NCBI RefSeq assembly: GCF_030028105.1
Contig: NC_092398.1
Coordinates: 25,001,649 to 25,065,648 of the forward strand
From: Mobula birostris
Lineage: Eukaryota
Length of the DNA: 64,000 nt
Direction: 5' to 3'
Below, piece after piece: positions 22,892 to 36,205 of this stretch. Position numbers and translations under genes: made by a program. The notes under the pieces are model-generated. The model ran no database searches. It worked only from the letters and a program-made list of their open reading frames with translations, and was not told where the DNA came from. Each line of letters begins with the position of its first letter. The first letter of the stretch is position 1.

Positions 22892-25472
22892 CTGGAGAAC
22901 AGTGTATGGGTTCAAAGTAGCTCAGCTCTCTTGTGACTGGACGGTATGGACAGAACTTCACCCTGTGTCTGACCCCGCGAGTATGTGATAGCACAGTGTA
23001 CAGGGGGCTTCACTCTGCATCTAATAGCTAGTGGGAGCTTGTCCACATTACCACACTCGGCTTTAAGAAAGCCCCCTGTTTAGCCAGGGCATCAAACGGT
23101 ATGGGGAGAAGGCAGGGAAGTGGGGATGACTGGTAGAATTGCATCAGCCTATGATAGAATAGCAGAGCGGACTTGATGGTCCGAATGGCCTGCTTCTGTT
23201 CCTATACCTTATGGTCTTATGGTCACGGGGAGAACATTTGAAGTCAGACATCAAACATACAGACATCAGTGTAAATCGAACCCCGATCAATAATCACAGG
23301 CACGATAGAGCAATTCTGCTATCTGCTACGATAACGTGCAGTCCCTGATTGTGTTAATTAGACAGTTTAGATTAACCTTTGTTTGTAATGTACACTTCTG
23401 CTGCTGAAAAAATTGATTTTGATGGTATTTATACTGATTGAGGCCCTCTGTTAGTCCAGGTTGACCACGGTGTCCTAGCTGTCTGCAAGATACGCAGCAT
23501 GGTACACAACTCAGAGCCGTTGCCGACACAACAGGCTCCCCCACTCTCCATGCTGCTGATAAAGCCAAAGGAATGCCAGAGACTGATACAGTTTCAGCGA
23601 AGGTTTGAGATCAGACTTTTCCTTCTCTTCGATGGGATGCTGACCACAGCTGATGAGCCCCATCTGCCTGAAGCGATTGATTTTAAGGGACCAATAATCC
23701 ACCTTTGCCCTTTCCCCTGTTATTAGAAATGGTTCTGCTGGGCTTAATAGCTAAGCCACATGTGAAGTTCCAGGAGCTAGACTTCGATGTCAGAGGCTAT
23801 TTGAGCTGTGCACCATTGGGAGCTCATTCCAACTACCTTCCCAGGCTTTAACGACCTTAAGGAATTTGTATTTATAAGCTGTGCATCTGTTCCCATGATA
23901 ATAAACTTGAACAAGAGAGAATGAACAGCAGAGGGGGCTATAGGGCAATGCTTACTCCAGACATCTGTCAGGAATGGCAGATGAAGTTCAATTCAGATAA
24001 ATGCAAGGTGTTATATTTTCATGGATCAAACCAAGGCAGGGCATACACAGTGAACAGGCAAGTCCTGGTGAGTGTTGCAGACACTGTTCTCTCTCACCTG
24101 TATGTGTCTGCGACCATGCAGTAACTGTAATGCTCCCGCGCACATAGCCGTTGCTACTGCGCAGCTGAAATTCTCTTTTATATAATGTTAGTATAATTTT
24201 GAAATGATGCCAATATAATTTTGGAATCTATGTTAACATAATTCAGAAATACCCTGCAATTAATTATGTTAATGAATATAGTTTATTAATTTTCTAAATA
24301 GTAAACATACCACACACTTTGAAACATTTTAGAGTTTCAATGCATTTACATTGTCAATATTACAAGTTACAACACTGTTACAAATTGTAACAATGAACAC
24401 AGAATGGAAGGCGGCAGCTCATTGTTAATAAACTGCCGGCCTGCTGAAAGTTGATGCTGTCATATTCATGTTAAAAAAAAAGATTTAAAGTGCCAGGTAG
24501 TTTTCAGAGCAGTGGTTAGTCCACACAGTGGTAAAAATAATTGGAGGGAAGGTCGGTTGTAGAACAGAGAGACCAGGGTGTGTTGGTACATAAAACCATA
24601 AAGTGACGACACGGACAGGGAGGTAAAGAAGGTGTTTGTACACGTGCCGTCATCGGAAGGGCACTGAATACAGGAGTTGGGATGTCACGTTGTAACTGTA
24701 CAAAGACTTCAAAGACAAAGTAACAAAGTACGCATCCTGTAGTGGGCTGGGTTGATCAGACCGAAACTAATCGAGTGTCCGGCAAATGTAATAAGTAAAC
24801 AGATCCGACAAAGAAACTTAAGCCCAATTTATTATCACAAAAATGGAAAGGCACGCAAAATACTCCGTACCAAGTCACAAAGATTCCAGTGCTCACAATT
24901 CTTAGTGACCAGTTGATTGTTGTTGGGAGAACTGCGAACTCCAACTCGCTCGTGAAATCATCCTGGGTCGTAGGCATCGAACGCGGTTTCCAGTCTAAAG
25001 AATCCAGGGAAAATTGTTCCAGTAAACAGGAGATCCACAAACGTAGAGAGAGACACACAGAGACAGACAGATGCCTTGATCTTTTGCCCTCCTGCCATTA
25101 ACCCAGCCTGGTTTCCTTCATTCATTAACGCAGTGTTCAGCATACCCTTAACATAGAACATAGAACATAGAATAGCACAGCACAGTACAGGCCCTTCGGC
25201 ACACAATGTTGTACCGACCCTCAAACCCTGCCTCCTATATAAGCCCCCACCTTAGATTCCTCCATATACCCTTACTAATCAGTTGGACACTGTAATGGTC
25301 AGTCTTTATCCATCAGTCCACCAATGTTTAGGACTTAACGTTCCTTGAAATTACGGACGATTAGTGTATCTTAAATGCCCTGCCTCTTCCCACTTTAAAT
25401 GCCCTGCCCTCAATACCCTATAAACCTTTACGTGCCTAAAGGCTTCTAAATGCCTAACTGCCCTGCTTTTCA

Positions 25473-25473
25473 T

Positions 25474-25506
<33 letters not shown>

Positions 25507-25515
25507 TTCATCATC
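25473..25515. repeat. (CAT)n microsatellite, contracted in unit 2
   Basis: Visible catcatcat run; the unit-2 equivalent near 61280 is short. Confidence 0.9.
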
Positions 25516-28500
25516 AGTCCGATGAGCCCTGAGCCCAGACTCTCGTTTTGTGGCCACTGTCCACGGCTCTCTGGGTAACCGAGACATTTCCTCCAGCCAA
25601 GATAGCGCCGAGTTTCAGTCTCTATCGAGGTTGTGGCTCAGACTGAAACTGATATCGTAGGTTCGTATCAATGTTTTTGGTGACAGAGGGAGGTTTCACT
25701 GGTCAGGTTAGGATTTAGCGACAGGAATGTGGGGCAATTAGAGATCAGGCCAGGTCTAGGGCTTTACTCCACGAGCGAAGGCCACAGATGACGTGAATGA
25801 AGGACTTTCATGGATGGGTGTCCAGTTGGCGAACATGTTGGACAAAGACTAGCTGGTTATCCTCCACACCCTGGGTCAGTCAGTTCGCTATATAAGCAGT
25901 GTGATTGGACGTCGAGGAGGGCTGGTGGCCCCTTAGCTACTCTAGTTGGTGTGTCTGGAGTAGGGCTCTAATGCCATCGATGAGGCCGGAGTACGAGGAC
26001 TGAAGTACAGGGTCCCATCATCATTGTGCCGTGCGGTCATGGACTGAAGGTCGATCGCGAGTCTGGAAATTGAGACCCGATGGCCTCCGACGCTGGGTCA
26101 CCAACAGCCCCAGCCAGCCGGCCTTTCCTGGGTTTGGAGGACGGTCTGTGTGTGCGGGCGTGCGTGGCGGGTCAGCGGGTGAGAGGGAGGTACAAGGTTT
26201 CCTTTGCTGTTGTTCTGCTGAATGTGGTGGGCAAGCTACGTCGGCGTCAGAATGTGTGGCAAGACTGGCGGGCTGCACCCAACACAGCCTACTGGTTGTT
26301 TCGATGCACACACACAATATATCAATCAGTCCGAATCTGGCGCCGTGGGACCCACTTCTGGAGCGAGCTGAGATTAAGATCTCAGAAGCCGCTCTTGGAG
26401 TCTTCGGGAACTGCTACGCTGTGGGAGACGGTAGCGATGATGTGAAGGCGCAGCGAGGGAAGGGCACTGCCGGGGCGGGTGGGGAATGGTACCGAGGGAT
26501 TGCGGCACTGCGAGAAGAGCGGGGAAATATGGCACTGCTGAGCTTTGTCAGGAACGCCACTCTGATGCAGTCTTCTAGAGTAGACGCTGCAGGTTCACAT
26601 CAGCAAGTCAGGAAACAGTTGTATAAAACTTTGGAATGGGTGCACTTGGTTTAACTGTGTGCAGTTCTGACCATTCCATTACAGGAAAGATGCGGAGGAG
26701 TGGAGTTTACAGAGAAAATAGAACACATCACAGCACAGAACAGGCCGTTCGGCCCGCAATGGAATTTGGAAGGTTCGGGGGTGGAATCTCATTGAAACCT
26801 TTCAAATGTTGAAAGGCCTAGACAGAGTATATGTGGGAAGGATGTGTCCCATGGTAGGGGAAGTCTAGGACAAGAGGGCACAGCCTCAGGATAGAGGGGC
26901 ATCCATTTAAAACAGAGATGTGCAGAAATTTCTTTAGCCAGAGTCTGGAGAATTTGTCGAATCTGTCAGCTGTGGAGGCCAGGTCGTTGGGTGGATTTAA
27001 GGAAGAGCTTGATAGGTTCTTTACTGGACACAGCATCAAAGGTTACGGGGAGTGGGGCTGTCGCGGGGGGGGGGGGGTGGATCAGCCATGATTGAGTGGC
27101 AGAGCAGATTTGATGAGCCAAATAACATAATTCTTCCCCCATGTGTTAGGATGTTATGTTATGTCCAGCTATTTACCTACTCTAAGATTAATCCAACCCT
27201 TCCGTCCTACATAGCCCTCCATTGTTCTATCATCCATTTGCCTGTCCAAGAGTTTCTTAAATGTCCCCAAAGTATGTGTGTCCACTACCACCCCGCTGAT
27301 GCGTCCCGCGCACCCACCACTCTCTGTGTGAAAAACCTACCTCTGACATACCCTCTATACTTTCCTCTAATCGCCTTAAAATTATACCCCATCATATTAG
27401 GCATTTCCGCCCTGAGATAAAGCCTCTGGCTGTCCACTCGATCGATGCATATTATCGCCTTGCGCACCTCTATCAGGTCACCTTTATCAGGTCCTTTGCT
27501 GCGGAGAGAAAAGCCCCAGCTTTCTGAACCTGTCTTCATGCGACATGCTCTCTAATCCAGGCAGCATTCTGGTAAATCTTCTCTGCACCCTCTCTAAATG
27601 AAGTGGTCTGAACTAAACACAATGCTTCAAGTGTGATCTAACTGGAGTTCTGTGGATATGAAACATTATCTGATGGATCTGAAACGTAATCCTCCGACTG
27701 ATGACGGCCAATACTCCTTATGCTTTCTTCACCGTTCTCTCGCCTTGCTACCGACTTTGAGGCATCTATGGGCTCCGTCTCTGTTCCTCCGCACTGCTAA
27801 AAGTTCTGACATAAACTCTGCCTTCAAGTTCAACCTTACAAAGTGAGTTATTTCACACTTTTCTGCGTAACACTCTGAGGTGTCAGAGTTCAGTGAATCA
27901 GCGATGACAGACTCTTTGGAGAGGGTGCAGAAAATGGGGCAAGTACGACTCAAGGGTTGAAACGGCTTCTAGATGGGCACGGGATAGAGGTACAGGAGCA
28001 GTATGACTTGGTCTGGCAGCATGGGCACGGACCTCATCTCTCTGGCTGTGAAACTGCAGAGGACCCTGCCACCACCGGGGTCTCATCACAAAGACAACAG
28101 CCGTTTACAGTTTACTGTTTACCGTTTACCTCTGTTGAGCGCTACACCGACATTGAATTATACTTATAAACTTAACTGTGGCAATATTTTGTGTCATGCG
28201 CTGTGTATGATGTATATTTTGTATGTTTCCGTGGTCCCGGGGAGCAATGCTTCGTTTGATCGTATATATGTACCGCCAGATGATAACAAATGTGAACTTG
28301 AGAAGGAGAAAGGATAAGTGACGTGTAGAAGTTAAATATATCATGCACTGCGTGATTGTTGACTGGAAATCGTTGTCATACAGACTCATAGATGGTGATT
28401 TAAAGGAACATCTGAAAATATATGGACGGACACAAACGCAAGCGAAGGCTGGGGTGACAAGTGTATTTACCTATGACAGGATTGTGTTGAAAACTTGGCA

Positions 28501-29829
28501 GATGAAGGTTAATCCCGAATCAGTGGCCTGCTACACACTGTGCGTGGGGTGAGGTTAAATGCAATCATAAAGTATTTATTGAATGGACTGGATGCTTGGA
28601 AGTGTTAATGAACAGTCGGAACTTTGGCTGGACCTCCATGTCTTTCTGAATGTAACATGGCACGGAGAGATGTTGGTAAAGAAGGAGTAAGCATCCTTCT
28701 CTTAAATGGTCGTATTTTTAGTGATGTTCAGTAAGTCTTGCAGCAACTGCGTGAATGATTGAACGTCGATATCTCCGACTTCCAGTTCATTTTCCCCCTC
28801 TATTTTCCATTACTTTAATTCTCCACTCTGCCCCCACTTACTTCCTCTCTCTTCTCCCGGCGCATTTCCTCCGCATACTGCCCCGTTCCTCTCTCCTGTG
28901 ATCCACTCGCTTTTCCGATCTGATCCCTTCTTCTGCTATTTGTCTTCCACTTATCACCACCTAACATTGCTTCACACCCCTCTGGTATTCACTACTTTAA
29001 CTGCCACGTTCTAGTCTGTACACATTCTCCTCCGTCCACCTCATTACTCTGATTTCTTTCCTCTTCCTTTCCAGTTTCGATGAAGGGTTCCGGAAAACTC
29101 GACTGTTTATTCATTTATATAGATTCTGCCTGAGCTAATGACCCCCCACGATTTTGTATGCGCTGCTGAGGATGCTTAGCATCTGCAAAATCTCTTCGCT
29201 GCAGACATACGCACATTTGGACCGTCGTTCATTTGGTCTTCTAAGCATCACTTAGACAGATTATTGATTAAGCAGAGATTGACCATGGAGACGCACATGA
29301 GGAGTTTCAATTAGGGTTATTGTTGGCACCCCAATCATGTGCCGAACGGTCTATTCCTGTGCTGGACTCATCTGTATTCATCATTTTCACCCACGTATTT
29401 ATAAAATTGAGTTAAGTGCGGATTCTTTGATACGATTACTGGGCCAGACAGCCCTGTTTCCCATACTTCTTGAGAGACAAACAGAATGATAGAATGCGGC
29501 ATACAACTGCTGATATTTATTCCGCGACATAGAAGCTAGTCGTTTTTAAAGGAGCGGGAAGTTGAGGGAGGAAGTTACATTTTAAGACTATATTATTTTT
29601 TTTTTATTTATCGATACAGCAGGGTTGCAGGGGTTCCCACCAGAACCTTCACGTCTTTGGAATGTGTATGCAACAGAGGCATCTGGAGTAAACCTCCGCC
29701 GTCGCCGATAGATCGTACAAAATTCATAGAGACGGCTGTGGGGACTGAAAGCGCGCCTCAGGCGCTGTGAAGCATTGTGCCGACCACTACGCTACGTTTA
29801 ATTGGTGGACTTAGTTTCCGATTAGCTTG

Positions 29830-31819
29830 TCACACCAGGCGAGAGAATGGAGATTTCAACACCTCCCGCATCTGCTCCCTGAACTTCTTCTGGGTCAAGG
29901 CGTAAAGAGCCGTGTTTGTGCAGCAGCTCAGAAGCTGCAGCATGTAGCCCAGCTCCCTCATGGTCGAAGGTGGGAACAAGGCATACCTCAGATATGATAA
30001 ACGAAAAAAATATGATCGTATCCACACAGTATGCACAACAAAAACCACCCACAACACGATGAAATTCGCCGACACGACCAACAGTAAAATGAGCGACTTC
30101 CTCCGGCTTTGCATCTCCGGGTCTTTGGAGCCATCCCCATTGCTGTTATTCCGGAGTCTCCTCCGAGATCTGCTCGCCACTACCACGTGTCTGATGGTCA
30201 AAGCATTGAGCAGCAGAACGACCACAAACGGGATCACAGGCGTCAGAAAGAAGCTGCAAGACTCGACTACTGTCCATGCAACTGAGAACAGAACACCGTC
30301 TCTTCCGTGGCAAAACCAAGGGACGTTATTAAACTGGTAGCGTCCTGAGAGCAAAAAATACCAGAAAATGTTCTTTAAACAGCTCAGGGCGGCCACAGTC
30401 CACAGAACAACAGCCGCGGTTCTCTCGGTGCAGTATTTAGCTTTCAGATTCTGGTAGCGAATAGCCACGAATCGGTCGAAGGTGAACATGACGGTGAACC
30501 AGACGGAGCAGTCGTTGGCTGTGTAACGTAGGACGGCGTGGATATTACACACGGGGATGTTCATCAGGAATATAAACGCTCCCCAAAAAACAATAGGAAT
30601 CTGCCTCAATACCAGGTCAAAGACAACAACGAGAAGATCCGCCATTGCCATAGCCATCAAGTAACGAGCGACGCCTTTCGAAAGACCGCACTTTCCCTGA
30701 GACAGGACCACAATCGTCAGCACGTTCACTATTGGGATTGAAAGAAACACAAGCATGTTTGTGGGCAAGGAATACTGTCAGCACAGTCACAGACAGAAAG
30801 TATAGAAACATGTTTTTGAACGCAGAATGGAAGACTGCGGTTTTACAGCATCAGTGATGCCTGCTGGTGACGAGGATTATAGCTCAGTGAAATCGACAAA
30901 GAACTGGAAAATAACGTCACAACGCCAAACAACGAACAGCTGAGAAAATGTGCTCTCGGATTTCGGTGAAGATGGATTTGAAATAGGGCTCGAAATTGGT
31001 CATTGAATTGGAATTGCTTTACTATTACGGAAGTGGCATCACAAGGGTACAGGGAAACACGCGTCTCCACAATATGCATACAGATCAATTCTTTACTCAG
31101 TGCTTTGAGGCGTGACGTAATATCAGCTCAGGCTCTCCACTTCTTCTGCCGGTCTTTTAAATTTATACAATATTTCGGAAGCCATCCATTTTAAACTGCA
31201 ATCCAAATTGGGAGTTCGGTATCTAAAGCTGCAAGGGAGGCTTACTCAGTTGAAAATTTTAAACGCCAGCTCAGAAGATCTTTATTTAACCTTGATTTTA
31301 AAAGGAATTATTTTGTCTGCTCTTTTCATGTTATTTCTGTTTGTATTATAAAAGCACATTAAAACTTCGCCTATTTGGAAAGTGCTCTAATTATTATTAT
31401 TATTATTTTTATTGTTGCTGTTTTTGTTGTTGTGATTGTTGTTGTTTAAAGAAAAAAAAAACAGGGAGATAAATGTTATTGACCGAGTCTGTCAATGTAT
31501 TACAGGATCATCATCAAAAGTTCAGTTAGTGAGGACGATGGACTGCGTTAACCGGAAAATATCATTAAATTGCAAACTATCAAATCTGTTTACAGGAACC
31601 CGTGATCACTGCTTCTCCTTCTCTGGTCAGCAACTTACCGGGAAATGCAACCAAAGCGAGAAGGGGATAGTAGATGGGCTGAATTGTCCGGAGTAAATAC
31701 CAGATCCGTCTGTCTGCTGGTATCCAAGGGTCATTCGAAAAAATATAGGGAGCCAGGCTGAAGACACCCTTCTCTGTCCCTGGAACATTCCATGTTCCTA
31801 TTTCTCGTTCCTGAACCAT
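29830..31819 (-). CDS. Second copy of the two-exon GPR139-like GPCR, 359 aa; exon 1 31819-31639, exon 2 30728-29830
   Basis: Same splice sites and an intact frame. I counted 4 CDS differences from copy 1: Q>P in the N-terminus (WIQAD/WIPAD), V>A in TM3 (YTVND/YTAND) and 2 synonymous. Confidence 0.92.
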
Positions 31820-34730
31820 TGCCCGTCACCGTTCCCAGATTCCAGTCGGTGACCGGCGATTCTCACGCTGCACATGTGACCGTTCACGTAAAATTCCACT
31901 TTGATGTTCGCAGTTCCCCAATTTTTGTCTTCCGCTGTCGAGCCACTGCGGTCCGTATGTGACGGAGGGGTTGTTCTCGCTAACACTATGAAACTTAATC
32001 GAAAGGAGCAATTTTAAATACAGCTGCTAATCCCCCAGTGAGACAACCAGGCTCCATACGGGCTGACGTTAATTAACATACATCTACGGTTAACCCCTTT
32101 GGATCCGGATCGCGGGTGCCAAAGGTAAAACGAATTATTAAACAGGGTGGTGATGTCTAGGATATATGTCCACCGATCTCGGACATTGGTTCTCCATTAT
32201 CTTGCAGGAGACAGAATAGCCTGCAAGCACGTACCATTTGGCTCAGTAACACCTTCAATCACGACATTATTAAAATATTCAACCCTTCCCCCTGACGATT
32301 AGATGGACTCTTGATATGGCAATCTGCCTCACTCTGACTTTGCAATTTGTTGTTCCCTTGCGCCGCACCTTCTCTGTAACTGCAGCACTTTATTCTGCAT
32401 TCTGTCATTGTATGACCCGGAAATCAATGCACTGAGGCAATCATTCTTTTTTTTTGAATGAGGAGTGTGTAAAACAAGGTTGTTTTCTTTTCCCAGCATC
32501 GACAAATACAATGAAGTCCCGTGTACCATCAGTGTCCCACCAGGCAAGATGCTGCGCAGCGTCCTCACCAGGACCAGCAGTATCTAAAACAGTTACTTTC
32601 TCCAGACAGTAAGGTTGATCGACACTTATACCGACCAACACATTCCACCAGCTCCCTCTACCATCCAACACCACTACTTTATCATTTCCTATCAGTAAAC
32701 ATGTGAACAGCCCTTAGAGTCACGTTGTAGACATATCAATCTCTGAATATGAACTATATATGTATTTATATTCATTGTCCTTTTTATTACTGTGCTCTTT
32801 GCCCTATTGTGTTTTCTGACGCTGCAATGGATCCGGAGTAACAACTGTTTCGTTCTCCTTTGCGCTTGTGTAATGGAAATAATACTGAACAATTCTGAAT
32901 CTTGAATAATAAACCCATTTACTAATTGAGCACTCTGCAGTGTGATGGACCAATCGGTTAGGGAGCGGCTTGCAGGTCTGATGAAAGGCTCAAAGGGGAT
33001 CCTTTCTTTCGACGGGAGGAGGCTGATGGAAACCTTGCAACTTTGCTCCAGCTAATCTGACGTCACTGCGTCGGCGATGAAGGAGTGGATCATGTTGTAT
33101 CGGATGAGTGACAATTCGGAAATTATGCGGTCGAAATTGCTTTATTTATGAAAGGGATTTGGACCAAATCTGTATTAAAGTTCAACATATATTAAATCCC
33201 GTTTAAACGCCCATCCACTCGACTGAAACAATGACAACAAACACAGACTGTTGGAGGAGCTCGGCAGATCAGGCAGCCTATGTGGAAGTGAATAAACAGT
33301 GGACGTTTCCGGTCGAGAACTTTCATCTGGACCGAAGATGAAGCAGGCACACGCCAGAAGAAATGGTGAGGGAGGCGATAAGAAATACAGACCGGTATGA
33401 GATACTTGTAGCCAAGTGAGCGGGTAAATGGGTGGGTGGGGAAGAGGGATGAAGTAAAGACGTTGTAGTTGATATTTGGAAAAAATAAGAGCAAGAGAAG
33501 AAGGAATCTGATAAGAGAGGGGAATAGACCATGGGGGAAATTGAAGGAGGTGGTCACAAGGGGGAGGTGATCTGCTTGTGAGGGAATGAAGGAAGAGTGG
33601 TGTCAGAATGGATAATTGAAGAAAAGGGAAGGGGAGGGGAGAAAATTATCGGAAAACATTAAAAAATTGACATTTTTCTTTTTATGCACCTACCATATCA
33701 AAAATATTTCCACGATTAAACCGGTTAGTACATCTGATGTGCTGCGTTTGGATCACATCGCAGGAAAATATAAGCAAGCCTACCAATATTTCGTCATAAC
33801 CTGCAACCCAACAGATTGCCCAGAGATTCTCCTCCGCAATGCTTTGCATCCTCCTGTACAACGGTGACCAGAATTACCCACAGTACTCTACAAGCGGGCA
33901 ACGTAATGTTATGCACATATCTTCATTATGATGCTGTAATTTGTGGGTTCAATACCTCACCCTGGGTCCCTTTCACTTTCCAGTTTTACTCTTTATACTC
34001 ACAGGTACGCCCTGTCCTTCGCCTGTTGATCACTATGTTAACACTCTCTCACTCGCCGTCTCTTCTTTCTGTTCGACTGCTGCTAGTTGTCGACGAAATG
34101 TCTGGATATTATCCCTGCTCTAGTTTATGGGCACAACGCTGTGAACCTTCATCGTTATTCGCGCCTGTGTTTCCTTTTCTTACAATTCTCCACCCTCTCT
34201 ATCCTTACCCTCTCTCCTTGTCCCTGACTCTCACTCTCTCTCTCTCTCTAGCTGTGCTCCAGACCCCCTTGCTGTGTTGGCATCCATTGTGCGCACACCA
34301 GACAGCAGTACAAATAGGGCTCAATGTTGAGGGATGTGTGCACACAGAACAAACAAGCGCACAGCGGCGGTGTAGAGAGGACTCAAGTGCACTGGGGACA
34401 GTTTTCGGATGTGTCTGGACAGACCGGACCAGTTAACGATGAAATTTCTTTTGCCACACCTGCCATTGGAAAACATACTTCCGTGATTAATCCCGTCTGT
34501 GCATTTCATCAACTGATGTATTTCCTTCGGGTCACCTTGCACGGAAGTTACGATCAACCTGTCCAATAGAGAGAGTCGTGGTGTAATAGAAAAGTACAGC
34601 ACAGGAGAAGACCCTTCGGCCAATCTAGTCTGAGCCGAACCAATTAAACTTCTACTCCCCTCGACCTACACGCCTATCACAGCCCTCCCTAACCCAGGCA
34701 TCCGTTTATCTATCAAAGCGTCTCTCAGAC

Positions 34731-35887
34731 CAGAGGTTCGCAACCATCGGGCCGCAGATCGGTACCGGGCCGCAAAGCATGTGCTACCGGGCCGCGAGGA
34801 AACCTTTCCTCATTCCCTGTCACGTACTTTTGAGCCATTACGCATGCGAGGTCATTAACCGCGCTTCATCCATCTCACCGCGGGAAGGAGATCAATTCCC
34901 CGAGCTTGCAAATGACGGCAGGCTGAAAAGTATGTTTGACATAACATCTCAGCCAACATTCTAGATCAAAGTCAAGGCTAGATAACCTGAGATAGCCACG
35001 AAAGCACTGAAAACGCTGCTTCCATTTCCAAACTATCTCTGCGAAGCAGGTTTTTCTGCAATGAATGCAACGAAAACTAAATTGCGGAATAGACTGGACA
35101 TAAGTAACCCCCTTCGAGTACCGCTGTCTCCCATCACCCCCCGATAGGACCGTCTCCTTGCAGGGAAACAAGCGCAGGGCTCCCAATGATTCACCGATAT
35201 TGGCGTGCTGCAATGATTCTATATGTTCATACGGGGAAAATATGTGTTGTGTGTTTAATATCCAAACGTTACTTAGAATGTTATGATGCTATTGACTTAT
35301 ATAACCACATAACAATTACAGCACAGAAACAAACCACCTCTGCCCTTCTCGTCCGTGCCGAACGCTTACCCTCACCTAGTCCCAACGTTCAGCACTCAAC
35401 CCACAACCTGTCCTTTCCTGTCCATATATCTATGCATTTTTTCTATAAATGATAATATCGAACCTGCCTCTACCACTTCTACTGGAACTCCTTCAACACT
35501 TACTTCAAGCTCCCCTGTCCTCCCCTGATAACTGATTTATCACTATATTCATGCGAGGAAAATATGCGCTGTGTGTTTAATATTAAATTCGCCAGATAAA
35601 CCCTTTTAGAAAGGAAATTGAGTGTATTAGGCACTTATTACCGATATTCCGGATGTGGTTCCCCCGCACCGCCGAACAGAATCGCCAAAAGCAATTTGTA
35701 GGGGAAAAAATCGTCACGTAAACGCATTCGCACTGGTGCCCGCACAAGGCTTCATTCTCATTGAAGTCTTTTTTGGGTAAACACAACGTATTTGTCTGCT
35801 ACTCTTGTCCGTTGCCAATCCTACTCCCCACCACCACTCCAGCCCCCCAGTCGGCCGGTCCGCAGTGCAAAAATTTGGGGACCCCTG
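34731..35887 (+). mobile_element. Unit-2 copy of the non-autonomous Charlie-type hAT
   Basis: Near-identical to 7694-8851. Confidence 0.8.
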
Positions 35888-36205
35888 ATCGTTTGCAGTG
35901 CTTTGCTGTTTGAAAGAAGATTCCAGGAAGTGAGTGCAAGCTCGAACGGCCTTAAAGTGAAACAGTTTAGAGGTGGTGCGCCAGCCAATGATAGACTCCA
36001 TTTCGCCGATTAAAGCATCGAGGAAGATTGAAATCAAGGCGAGTGCAGAAAGTGAGTGAGGGTTTAAAACTGACTGCTGTTTGATCGCAGGGACGGATCT
36101 CTCTGTTGTCAGATGAGTTGTGTAGTACCTTTCACTCACTGTTACCGGAGGGTAGGCCTCTGTGCTTCAGTGGTCTCTCTATCTCTATCTCTTGACGTTG
36201 GTCAG

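Larger units (their letters stand above)
1..27034. repeat. Tandem segmental repeat unit 1 (GPCR + MHC-like remnant module); phase set by the window start
   Basis: Position 1 (atcaaaggttacggggagtggggctg) recurs at 27035. ORFs recur at offsets of 27028-27037 (e.g. 2793/29830, 9190/36226, 17571/44601). Confidence 0.95.

Noticed and set aside
24756-25058. 100-aa minus-strand ORF upstream of the C1 exon as a candidate V or alpha exon
   Set aside because: No convincing Ig or MHC motif, and the frame has a stop in the unit-2 homolog.
25351-25587. Poly-Asp ORF, plus the poly-Tyr/Cys ORF at 4304-4657 and the Glu/Arg/Gly ORF at 55863-56162
   Set aside because: These are translations of (CAT)n, (ATT/TTG)n and CT-rich simple repeats.
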